Assembly (NCBI RefSeq): GCF_009914755.1
Contig: NC_060947.1
DNA: 64,000 bases
Direction: 5' to 3' (one strand)
From: the human T2T-CHM13v2.0 reference genome, Homo sapiens
Of the stretch, positions 31,081 through 46,350 are shown piece after piece (position 1 is the first letter of the stretch; every line of letters begins with the position of its first letter). The translations under genes and the position numbers were made by a program. The notes beneath the pieces were generated by a model that saw nothing but the letters and a program-made list of their open reading frames with translations, did no database searches and was not told where the DNA came from.

Positions 31081-32524
31081 ATGCGCAAGAAATTATCTTA
31101 GGACAAATTCATATAGTGTGAAAAACTTCTATGAAAATAGAAAAGTAGATATATTTAGATGTCATATCTACAACAGAAATGCTCATTTTTTTTTTTGGTT
31201 TGTCAACCACTCTTGTGGGAAAAAAGGCCCTCATGCCCTACTCCATTCAATCCTAATTTACTATGGTAAGGAAAGCTACACCAAGATCCCTCCCTGAAGA
31301 CTGGGGAACTTTCAGCTATAGGAAACAGCTGCTTGATTCTTTCACAGGAGACTTAACTTAAAACTTTTAGCAGTAAAGTGTCTCAGAAGTTCTTTTTTTT
31401 TTTCTCTTTTCTACTCCTGAACTTGCCCTAGATTCAAATACCTCTTGCCTGAGCTTTTGGACTGGCCTCCTGTCCAGCTGAAAATCATTGAATATTATAG
31501 TCTACTTATTACAGTACACAAAATGTTTCATAGTTTGCAAACAACCACTATTCCAACTATATTTTTAAAAATATTTTGCTTAAGGCCAAAGGTCTGTCTT
31601 CCTTTGTATCCTTGAAGCTAGTAATTGCTCTGACCAAGAAGGGTACACAATAAATAAGACTTTCACTTCACCTTAGATAAAAAATAGTTTCTAACATTTG
31701 ACCAAGACTGTTTAAAAAACACTCGAAAGGGAAACCACTGACAAATTGATATAGACATGAGAGAATGAAGTTAGTCTTGCAAGTGGCCCCTCAATGGTAC
31801 TCTGCCCTATATCAAGTGAGGCTAATTGAGTTCCACAATTTGTTGAAGATTATCTCACGACTTCATCTTACCTTCCAGAATTCATGTATTGTTCAGCTTT
31901 AATAAGATGATTCCATTTGCTTTATATATTTAAGAAATTTGAAAGTGGCTCTTTAAGTTTCATTCGTCACACTTCAGAGTCTTTTGTATAATTCTATGTA
32001 ATTTAAGGCTGAAATAATTTACCCTTGTAATCTGAGGCAGAAATATTTCTTGGCTTTGAATTCAAAATCCCTAATGTATCCTTTTTCCTGATACATTTGC
32101 AGCCTCATAGCTAAAGGTTTTAGGAAGCCCCAAATATTTCCCTGCTCTAACCTGTCTCCCACATTTAAGACCCAGCCAAAACTCTCCTCCTCTAATAAGT
32201 CTTTTCTGATTGCTTCACTTGTCTTTCATATAAAAATACAAATTCTACTGTTAGCAATTATATCCCAGAGATTTGATTAGTCAGTTAGTGCCAAACTAGA
32301 GTGATTTCTCCTTAAGGGATTTCTCCTTGAGGGCAAATCATGTTGTATTTTCATAACTTCACAAAGATTACAACATGATGATGATACCAGTAACTACATG
32401 TGAATAAATGGTTGCTGATTTGAAACATACATGAATTGATCGATGTTAACTGCCTTAGTTGTTCATTTGGATGTATCTGAAATGATATGTTCTGTATTTT
32501 ATTGTTTGTATTCTAATAGAACTA

Positions 32525-32850
32525 CAGTCAACCCTTTACATCCATGGGTTCTGCATTCATGGATTCAATCAACCTTGGATTGAAAGTATTTGAAAAAATA
32601 ATTGCATCTACTAAACACAGACTTATTTTTCTTATCATTATTTTGTAAATACTATAGAATAACTATTTACATAGTGTTTACATTATATTAGGTATTATAA
32701 CTAATCTAGAGATTATTTAAAGTATATGGATGGCTACACATAGGTTATATGCAAATATTATACCATTTTATATTAGAGACTTGAGCATCCGTGGGTTTTC
32801 ACATCCAAGGGAGTTCCTAGAACCAATACTCTATGAGTAAGAACAACACT
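32525..32850 (-). mobile_element. MER2 (TcMar-Tigger MITE)
   Basis: TA|CAGTCAACCCT terminus; internal TAGGTATTATAACTAATCTAGAGATTATTTAAAGTAT matches antisense MER2. Confidence 0.85.
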
Positions 32851-33030
32851 CCACTTCTAAGATGACATAGATGAAAACTTTATGGGATTTAGAAGCATTC
32901 CAAAGTATCAAGTCATTACATTTTATTATTGTAAGACCAGGGATACAGATTACATAAAAAGATAGGATATATAATGTTGAAATTTTGAAATTAGATACCA
33001 AACATTATAAATATATTTAAAGTGTTGCTT

Positions 33031-33032
<2 letters not shown>

Positions 33033-33063
<31 letters not shown>
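33033..33063. repeat. (TA)n microsatellite
   Basis: Directly visible. Confidence 0.9.
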
Positions 33064-33066
<3 letters not shown>

Positions 33067-33182
33067 ACTTTGCTCAATGCACCTATGTTTAATTAACTTT
33101 ATTTTAATTAGTCTTACCTAGCAATATTTTCTGAGCTTGTTGTTAGACTTAATTATCTTTAATTCTAAAATCCTTTAGACTT

Positions 33183-33505
33183 GGCCAAGTGCAGTGGCTC
33201 ATGCCTGTATTCTCAGCACTTTGGGAGACCAAGGCAGAAAGTTCACTTCAGGCCACAAGCTCCGGTCTAGTCTGGGAGACACAACAAGACCTCATCTCCA
33301 CAAAAAAATAATAAAATAATTAGCAGCATATGATGGCATATGCCTGTAGTCCTTAGCTACTTGGGAGGTTGGGGCAGAAAGATCTCTTGAGCTCTGGGGT
33401 TTGAGTTTACATTGAATTATGATCATGCCACAACACTTCATCCAGCCTGGGAAACAGAAAGAGACCCTGTCACCAAAATAAATAAATACATAAATAAAAT
33501 AAAAT
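33183..33505 (+). mobile_element. AluJ with (TAAA)n tail
   Basis: Highly diverged dimeric Alu. Confidence 0.9.
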
Positions 33506-33750
33506 ATCATATCATAAACTCAAAAAAAGCAACCATACTTGAATAGTTTATAAATCTATAAGTCTCCAACCTACACTCTCTCTACAGCCCTATGTAATGG
33601 AAATGAAGGATATACTTTTTAAATTATTTCCTACTCATATAGAGAAACTTTTCCCTAGACCACCACAAGACATGAGAATGATTTATAATGCTATTATTTG
33701 ATGAAAGATGTCAGTCACAGTACCCACAACCATCCAAAATCTACCTTTCA

Positions 33751-36700
33751 GAAGCACCAAGATGGCTGACTAAAGCATCTAGTGTGTGCTGCTCTCACAG
33801 AGAGGAAACAGAGTAGGATGTAAACACTAGCTCTTTAAGTGACTCTTCTAGGAGGCCACATTGGGGTTCATAAAGGAAGCCATGGTAACCCATGGAGAAC
33901 AGAGAGGAGCGAGGCAGGACAGTCACCCAACCAGGATTGGCATAGGGAGGGGAAAGGGTGAGTGAGAGTCCCCAGAGACCCACAGTTTTGCCATGGACCT
34001 TTGCAATCCTGGGCACAGGGAATCCCTTCTGACTCCACAGTCACCATACTGACACAGAGAGCTATCTCTAGTCTAGATAAAACCACTGCTTAAGCCCATG
34101 AAGGGCCGCATGGGCCTTGGATCCCTGAGAACCCCTGGGCCAGCTGCCACAGCCCTGCCAACAAGGGAGGTCAAGCTCTTTTGTGAATCTCTAGGATAGA
34201 AGCCACATCCACAGTGCTCAGGGGCAGATTGTCTGTAGTCCTTGCCTCCACTGTACATTGCCAGGCAAGGTCCAATGGCCTGGCCACCCCCACCCCAACC
34301 TAAGCACTCCTGCTGGTCCTAGCCCTCCATTTCTCTGGGACAGAGCTCCCAGAGATGGTTGACAGGGCTGCTGCTCTTACCATTGCTGCAGTCCCCACCC
34401 CTGCTGTCTTCAGGCTGGGGAGGGAGGGAAGAGCACAAGAACTGTCCTCGTAGGCCTCAAGCACAAGAACTGTCATGGGCATGCAGCATGCTGCCACTTC
34501 CATGTGGAAAATCAGCCAGACTGTTTTCCAGGCAGGTCTCGGCCTGTGCTACTCTTCACAGGGCAGGGCCTCATGGTGTGGTCATGCTGTTGTCACCAGC
34601 ACAGCCACCTCACCCCCACGGGATCACTTCAGTCAGTGACAGCCCTGTATTTTGCTGAGGTAAGACTCCCAGAGACAACCCACAGGGTCTCTGCCATTGG
34701 GACTGCAGTAGTACCTGCCCTTGCTCCCCCAAGGCTATGGAGGAAACAAAGAGCCTGATTGTTTTTGCATGCCTATAGCACCCAATAGCTGTCCAACAGA
34801 TAGGAGGCCAAACTGTATTCCCAGCAAGACCCTGATGCCCTTGTTCTTTGTTAGGCAGGGCCTCCTGGCTTTGACCTGCAGCATAGTCACCCTACCTTTG
34901 GCTAATCACTCTGATCAGCTATGGCTCTGTTTCTCTGGGGTGGAAATCACAAAAACAACTGACAGGCCCTCTGCCACCGCTGCCATTTTTGCTGTCCTGG
35001 GGCTTGGAAAGAAACAAAGAGCCTATTTACTTTGCTCACACCTCTAGCATCCTGAAGCTACCCTATGGAGAAGAGGCCAGACTGTGTTCCCCATGATCCC
35101 CCACTACCCCGCTCTTCATCAGGCAAGGCCTCTGGCTTTAGCAAACTGTGCAACTGCCCCAACGCTAGCTGATCACTCCAATTGGCCATGGCTCTGTTTT
35201 TCTGTAGGATAAAATCCCACAGTCAACTAACAGGTACTCTGCCATTGCTGCCAAGGTCCCTGCCTCTGCTGCCTACAAGCTGGGGTGGGAAAAAAGAAAA
35301 GCCTCAGCTCACCCCAGGACTATGGTGAACAGTTTGGGTGTACCGAGCCAGATCTGTGGCAAGAATTTTAGCAGAAATGCAACCCACACTCTCAGGACAC
35401 TAAGAGGGATGAGTTTATGGGCTCATGGGCTGCCACAGAGTATGGCATGCCTCCCTCAACAGGGCATCAGGGAAAAGGTGTGGCTTATCTCTCAGCCACA
35501 GCCTCTGCCCAGGGGAGCTCCACAGACTGGAACAGTTAACCAAATAAATGTAGGTGCAGTGCCAGTGATTGGAGGGGGCTACCCTAAGGCCCAGGTGTGG
35601 ACCTGGTGAAGCGGTGACCTCTCTCCTCACTACACCGCACAGCATAGCTACAAAACTGAGGAATGTCAAAGGAGCCATGCAGCTGAGAAATAGCCTGTCT
35701 CCCAGCCATTACTCTTAAGCATCATCCATCGGATCACAGCACAAACTAGGACCTCAAAAATGCTTTGCTAACATACACCTCTGTGAGACCAAGAGAAAAA
35801 AATTCAGCCACAAATAAAGGCCTTACACAGAGCCCTGGACCTTTTAAAACATCCAGAAATGAGCCCAACTGATTATACTCAACTTATACCACAATTAAAG
35901 GAACACCAGTCCTCCCAGAAGAGAGTCAGCCCAAGAACTCTGGCAATTCAAAATGCCAGATGTCTCTATACGTCCAAATGAGTCCAATAGCTCTGCAGCA
36001 ATAGTTTTTAACCAGTCAGAAAATACTAAAATGACTGACATAGAATTTAGAATCTTGATGGCAATAATCTCCATGTGATTCATGAGAAAGTTGAAACCTA
36101 ATCCAAGGAATCCAGTAAAACAATCCAAGAGCTGAAATACAAAATAGTCATTTTAAGAAAGAACCAAACATAATGCCCAGAGCTGAAAAATTTACTACAA
36201 GAATTTTATAATATAATCTGAAGTATTAACAACAGAGTAGACCAAGCTGAGGAAAGAAACTCTGAGCTTGAAGATCAGTTCTTCAAATCAACTTAGACAA
36301 AAATAAAGATAAATGAATTTTAAAATATGAACAAAACATCTGAGTAATTTGGAATTATGCAAAGAGACCAAATCTACAATACGTTGGCATTCCTGAGGAG
36401 AATAAATACCTTGGAAAATATATTTCAGGATATAGTCCAGGAAAATTTTCCTAATCTTGCTACAGAGAGATTCACAGGCAAATCTAAGAAATACAGAAAA
36501 CCCCAGCTAGATACTAGATACAAGATGACTATCCCGAAAACAGTCATCAGATTCACCATGATCAACACAAAAGAAAAATTATTAAAGGCAGCTAGAGAAC
36601 AGTGTGAAATCACGTAGAGGGAACCCCATTCAGGCCAGCAGCAGACTTCTCAGCAGAAAACATACAAGCCAGAGGAGATTGTGAGTGTATTTTCAGCATT

Positions 36701-39700
36701 GTTAAGAAAAAAAATTCTAACCAAGAACTGCACTGCACTAAACTAAACTTCATAAGTGAGAGAAAAGTAAAATATTTTTCAGACAAGCAAACACAGAGGA
36801 AATTTATTTTAACAAGACCAGCCTTACAACAGGTTTTTAGGGAGTGCTAATCATGGAACTGAAATAATGACACCTGCTACCATAAAAACACACTTAAGCA
36901 CATAGCCCACAGATGCTATAAAACAATCACACAATCAAGTCTACATAACAACCAGCTAACGACATGATGACAAGATCAAAATCTCACATATCAATAGTAA
37001 CCCTGAATGAAAATAGACTAAAGGCAACGTTCAAAAGGCACAGCATGGAAATCTGAATAGGAGGATAAAACTCAACCATCTGCTGTCTTCAAGAGACCCA
37101 TCTCACATGTAATGACACTGACAGGCACAAAGTAAAAAGACACAGTAAGACCTACCATGCAAATGAAAAACAAAAATAGAGAAAAAGTTGCTCTTCTTAT
37201 ATCAGATAAAACAGATTTTAAACCAATAAAAATTCAGAAGGACAAAGAAGGACATTACATAATAATACATGGTGCATCACAACAGGAAGACTTTACTATC
37301 CTAAATATATATGTACCAAACACTGGAGCATGAAAATTATAAAAGAAGTATTCTAGATTCTAGAAAAAGATTTGCACAGTGACAAAATAATATTAGGAGA
37401 TATCAACACCCCACTGAGAGTGTTAGACAGATCAGCGAGGCAGAAAACTAACAAAGAAACTCTGGACTTAACCTTAACACTTGATCAACTGCACCTAATA
37501 GACACCTACCAAAGACTCTACCTAACAACCTCAGAATATACATTCTTCTCATCTGCATATGGAATATATTCTAAGATCGACCACATGTTCAGCCACAAGG
37601 TCAGTCTCTATAAATTAAAACAAATTCAAATCATACCAAATACACTCTTGGACCACAGTGCAATAAAAATAAAAATCAATATCATGAAGATATTCTAAAA
37701 CTATACAGATGTATGGAAATTAACTTCCTTCTGAATAACTCCTGTGTGAACATTGTAATCAAGGGACAAATCAAAATTCTTTGAAAATAATGAATATAGG
37801 GACAAAATGTACCAACATCTCTGGGATGCAGCTAAAGAAGTGTTTACAGCAAAGTTTATAGTGCTAAACGCCTTCATCAAAAAGTTAGATATAACTCATA
37901 TTAACAATCTAACTATGCACCTAATGGAACTAAAAAAGAATGAATCAATAGTGATTCCGAAGATTACTGCAGAAGAAAAGCAGTAAATAAAATTAGAGAA
38001 GAACTTAATGAAATTGAGATGCAAAAATACATACAAAGATCAATGAAACCAAGAGTTGGTTCTTCAAAATAAAAACCTAGATTGATAGACTGCTAGATAG
38101 ATTAACAAAGAAAAAAATATAGAAGATCCAAATAAGTAAAATAAGAAATGACAAAGGTGAAATAAAAACTAATCCCATAGTAATACACAAGATCCTCAGA
38201 GAACACTACAAAGGACTCTATGCACAAAAATTATAAAATATAGAGGAAATTGATACATTCCAGCTGACAATCTCCCAAGATTGAATCAGGAGGAGCATGA
38301 AACCCTGAATAAACAAATATAAAGTTCTAAAATTGAAAAGGTAATTTTGAAAAAAATTACTAATAAAAAAGCCCTGGACCACATGGATTCAAAGCTGAAT
38401 TCTACCAGACATACAAAGAAGAACTGGTACCAGTCATACCAAAACTATTCCAATAATTTTAGAAGGAAGGGATTCTCTCTAATTCATTCCATGAAACCAG
38501 TATAAGCCTAACACCAAAATCTGGCAGTGACAGAGTGAAAAGAGAAAATTTCAGGCGAAATATCCCTGATGAACACAGAGGCAAAAATCCTCAACAAAAT
38601 ACTAGCAAACCAAATTCAGCAGGACATCAAAAAGTTAATGCAATACAATTGCATAGACTTTATTCCTGGGATGCAAGCCTTATTCAACATATGCAAATCA
38701 ATAAATGTGATTCAAGACATAAACAGAATTAAAACTAAAAACAATATGATTATCTCAATAGGCACAGAAAAGGCTTTTGTTAAATTCCAACATCTTTTAA
38801 TAATAAAAACTCTTAGCAGACTTGGCATCAAAGAAACATACCCGAAAGTTATAAGAGCCATCTATGAAAAACCCACAGCCAACATATCATACTGCATGGG
38901 CAAAAGTTGGAGGCATTCTCCTTGAAAACTGGAGCAAGACAAGGACGCCCCCCTCTAACCACTCCTATTCAATATAGTACTGGGAGTCCTAGCCAGAGAA
39001 AGCAGGCAAGAGAATGAAAGAAACAAAGAAACAAATAAAAAAAAAAAGAGAAAGTCATATTATTTCTCTTCACTGAGGATATGATTCTATACTTAGAAAA
39101 CCCTAAAGATTCTACTGAAAGATACTTAGACCTGATAAATGGCTTCAACAATATTTCAGAGTATAAAATCAATATGCAAAAATCAGTAGCATTCTATACA
39201 CCAATAACATTTTAACTGAGAGCAAAATAAGCAATACCATCCCATCTACAAAAGCCACACAAAAAATAAAACAAAATATCTGTGAATACATATAACCAAG
39301 AAGGTGAACTATCTCTACAAATAGAACTAAAAACACTGCTGAAATAAATCATAGATGACATAAACAAAAATAATTTCCAGGTTCATGGATTGAAAAAATT
39401 ATCATTCAAATAACCATACTACCAAAAGCATTCTACAGATTCAGTGCTATCCCTGTCAAATTACCAAGATCATTTTTCACAGAATTAGAAAAAAAAAAGT
39501 ATTTTAAAAGTCATGGGGAACCGAAACAGATTCTAAATAGCCAAAGCATTTCTAAGCAAAAAGAACAACACCAGCAGCATCTCATTACCCAACTTCAAAC
39601 TATACTGCAAGGCTACAGTAACCAAAATAGCATGGCACTGGTACACAAACAGACAATACACCAAGAAAACAGAATAGAAAACTCAGAAATAAAGCCACAT

Positions 39701-40984
39701 CTATAACCAACAGATATTTGACAAAGTTGACAAACATAAGCAATGGTAAAGAAATTTCTGTTCAATAAATGGTGCTGGGAAAACTGGCTAACCATATGCA
39801 GAAGGATAAAACTGGAACCCTACCTATCACCATATACAAAAATTAACTCAACATAGACTAATAAATTTAAGACCTCACACAATAAAAATCCTAGAAAAGA
39901 AAACCTAGCAAATACCCTTTTGGACATTGACCTTGGCAAAGAAATTATTATGACTATGACCTCAAAAGCAATTGCAATGAAAACAAAAATTGACAAGTGG
40001 GACTTATTTAAAGAGCTTCTGCACAGCAAAAGAAACTATCAACAGAGTAAAAAAAAAAACCTACAGAGTGGTAGGAAATATTCACAAAGTATGTATCCAA
40101 CAAAGGACTAATATTCCAAATCTATAAGGAACTTAAATAAATAAACAAGAACAAAACCAAACCCATAAAAAGGTTGTCAAAGAAAATGAGCAGACACTTC
40201 TCCAAATAAGACATACAAGCAGCCAACAAATATATGGGAAAAAAGATGCCTAACATCACCAATCATCAGAGAGATGCAAATCAAAACCACAGTGTGATAC
40301 CACCTCACAGCAGTAAGAATAACTATTATTTAAAAGTCAAAATATACATGTTGGTGAGGCTGTAGAGCAAGGAGGATGCTTATACACTGTTGTGGGAATT
40401 TAAATTAGTTCAGTCACTGTGGAAAACAGTTTGAGTTTAGTTCTCAAAGAACTAAAAGTTGAACTAGGGTTTCACCCAGCATTCCAACTAGTGGGTATAT
40501 ACCCAAATGAAGATAAATCAATCTACCAAAATGACACTTGCACTCATATGTTCATCACAGCTATTCACAATAGCTAAAACAAGGAATCAACCCAGGTGCC
40601 TAACAACAGCTGATAGGATTAAAAAAAAAAAAAAAGACGGTACATATACAACATGCAATACTACAAGCCATAAAAAGAATGAAATCTTATATCTTGCAGC
40701 AGCATAGATTTAGCTAGAAACTATTATTCAAAGTGAAATAACACAGGAACTGAAAACCAAATAACTCACATTCTCACTTTTAATTAGGAGCTCACCATTG
40801 AGCACACACGGACATAAACATAGGAACAACAGACACTGTAGATGACTAGCAGGTGAAGATAGGGAGGGAGACATAGGTTGAAAACCTACCTGTTGGGTAC
40901 TATGTCACCTACCTGGGTGAAAAATTCCCATGTAACAGATCTGCTTATGTACCCCTGTATCTAAAACATGAGTTTAATTCTTTA
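33751..40984 (+). mobile_element. Near-full-length old L1 (L1PA16-like), ORFs disrupted
   Basis: CAAGATGGCTGACTA 5' end, ~2.2-kb 5'UTR, ORF1 remnants (LENIFQDIVQENFPNLA), ORF2 from ~36964, 3'UTR. Degenerate TSD AAAATCTACCTTTCA (33736-33750) / AAAATCCACTCTTCA (40985-40999). Confidence 0.92.
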
Positions 40985-41637
40985 AAAATCCACTCTTCAT
41001 TGATTCTGATTAAATCTTTGGGCATAAGAAGTCAATATAATTTTTGAAATAGGAGGGTAAGTAACAAATCAACTGTAACTGAAAAATAAATTTCAGCCAC
41101 CATTATGCTTTTTATTTATTCATTCACTCATCCATTCATTCACTTATTTACCTTTTAAATGCATTACATAGGTACTTTACATGCTTTTTTCTTGAAAAAT
41201 AATTAGGCTTGCACAACTTGACAGAATTGAAGTGAGGAATATATTCAACAATAATCGTTGTAGACTTCAATATCCCACTTTCAGAAATGGATAGAACTAC
41301 ATAGGAGATCAAAAATGAAATATAAGCCTTGAAGAAAACTATAAACCATGTAGACTTAGCAGAAACCTGTAGTTCCACTCAACAACAGGACACAAATTCT
41401 TAAGTACAAATGGAATATTCTGTAAGTATTTTTGGTGTAAAATAGTCTTCTATAAATTAAAAAAATTAAATCATAAAAAATATATTCCTTAATGTTTAAT
41501 TTTTTAAGAATATACATTAAAAAGTATATTCATGTGCAATTAAATTTGAAATCAGTTATTGAAAGAAATTTAATATACTCATAAATATGTGTAAGTTAAC
41601 CAAGGTACTCCTGAATATCTAATGGCTAAATAAATCA

Positions 41638-43918
<2,281 letters not shown>

Positions 43919-44001
43919 GAACAAAATGTATAGAATACAGCTAAAGCAAGGCATACACAGAAATTTATAGCTGTAAATGCCTACATTAAAAAATAAGAAG
44001 G

Positions 44002-44301
<300 letters not shown>

Positions 44302-45089
44302 TCAAATCAATAATGTACTCTTCCACCTTAGGAAACTAGAAATAGAAAAGCAAACTAAATCCAAAGCAAACAGAAGGAAGAAAATAATACAGATTATGGT
44401 GGAAATTAATAAAATAGAGAAAGGAAAACAATAAAGAAAATCAATGAAATAAAAAACTGGTTTTATAACAAGATTTAAAAAACTGACAAACCTTTACCTA
44501 GAGTGTTCCTCAAAAAAAGACAGAGTAAGGGGACTCAAACTACTAGAATCAGGACAGAAAGGTGGGACATTACTATTGACTTATAGAAAGAATAGAACTA
44601 TAACAGAATACTATAAAAAGCAGTATTTCAAGAAATTATCAAACTCAGTTCAAAAACAAATAGACAATCTTCATAGAACTGTAATAAGTAAAGAGATGCA
44701 ATTAGTAATAAAAAAAAATTTTTTATAAAAAGAACAGCCCCACATGGCTTCACTGATGAATTCTAGCAGACATTTAAAGAATTGCCATCAATCCTGCACA
44801 AATTCTTCCAAACATTAAGAGAAGGGAACACTTTCTAACCCATTTAATGAAGCCAATACCCTCATATCAAAAGCAGAAAAAAAAATCAAAAGGAAATGAG
44901 ACAAAAACATCTAAGTATAGATGCAAAAATCTGAACAAAATATTAGCAAAACAAATGTAGCAACATAGAAAAACGATTATATACAATGGCAAAGTGGAAT
45001 TTATCCCAGGAATGACAGGTTGGGTTAATATCAAAAAACTGATCGATATTAATATCATAAAGAATATGTTAAAATAATAAAAACACACA

Positions 45090-46350
45090 TTTATTTTTAA
45101 TGGAGAAAAGACAGTCTTTCCAGCAAGTGGTCCTGAAACAATTGGACATCTACATGCAAATAAATGAATTTAGATAGAGCTTATATCTTTTACAAAAATG
45201 GATATGCAGTTGTTCATAGGCCTAAATGGAAAATGTAAAACACTGGAGGAAAACATAAGAAAAAAATCAATGACTTGGATTTGGCAATGACTTTTGGGTC
45301 TGGCAATTACTTTTTAGATATGGCACTAAAAACACTAAAAATGAAAGAGAAAAGATAATAAGTTAGACTTCATTAAAATAAAAAATTTCCCCTCTAGGAA
45401 AGACACTAATAGAATGAAAAGAAATGCCACAGTTTGGGAGAAAATATTTACAAAACACATATCTAATAACGTTTGCGTTGCACACTTACTATTACAATGG
45501 CTAAAATCCAAAACACAGGCAACACCGAATGCTGGAGAAGATGTGAAGCAAATAGAAACTTTCATTCATTTCTGGGGCAACACAAATAATATAGACCCTT
45601 CGGAAGACAGTTTGACAGTTTCTTGTAAAGCTAAACATAGGCTTATCATAGAATCCAGCAACAATATTCCTTGGTATATAACCAAATGAGTTGAAAAATT
45701 ATGCCCAGAAATTTCCGCATACTGTGTTCATGTCAGCTTTATTATTGCTAAAACTTGGAACAACCAAGATGTCCTCCAACAAGTGATCAGATAAACTGTG
45801 GTTCATCAATAAAATAAGCTATTATTCATTAATTAAAAGAAATGTGCTAACAAGTCATGAAAATACATGAAGGAAAGGTAAAAGCATATTGCTAACTGAG
45901 AGAAGCCAGTCTAAAAAAGATACATACTGTATGATTCCAACAATATGTCATTTTAGAAAATACAAAACTATAGAGACAGTTAAAAAAAATCATGGTTGAG
46001 AACAGAAGGAGAGGAGGGTAGGATGAATAAATAGGTGGAGCATATGAATTATTTATGGTAGTGAAAGTATTCTGTATGATGCTATAATGATAAATACATG
46101 ACATTATGCATTTGTCATAACCCATAGAAATGTACAATACAAAAATGAGCCCCAATGTAAACTATGAACTTTATTTAATAATAGTATATCAGTAGTGGTT
46201 TATCAATTGTAACAAATGTACCAACTTAATGCAAGATGTTAATAATAGCTGAAACTATGTATGGAGGGACGGGGAATATATGGGAATGCGTTGTATTTTC
46301 TTACAAATGTCCCGTAACCTAAAAATACTCTTAAAATAGTATATTAAAAA
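45090..46350 (+). mobile_element. L1MC-type 3' fragment nested in the L1MB-like element
   Basis: L1MC 3'UTR motif AATGTAAACTATGAACTT..AATTGTAACAAATGTACC; host ORF2 resumes at ~46350 where it broke at ~45085. Confidence 0.75.

Noticed and set aside
29160-32500. Long mostly unique AT-rich stretch as a conserved element or exon cluster
   Set aside because: No convincing exon, RNA gene or motif structure is visible, and conservation cannot be judged from one sequence.
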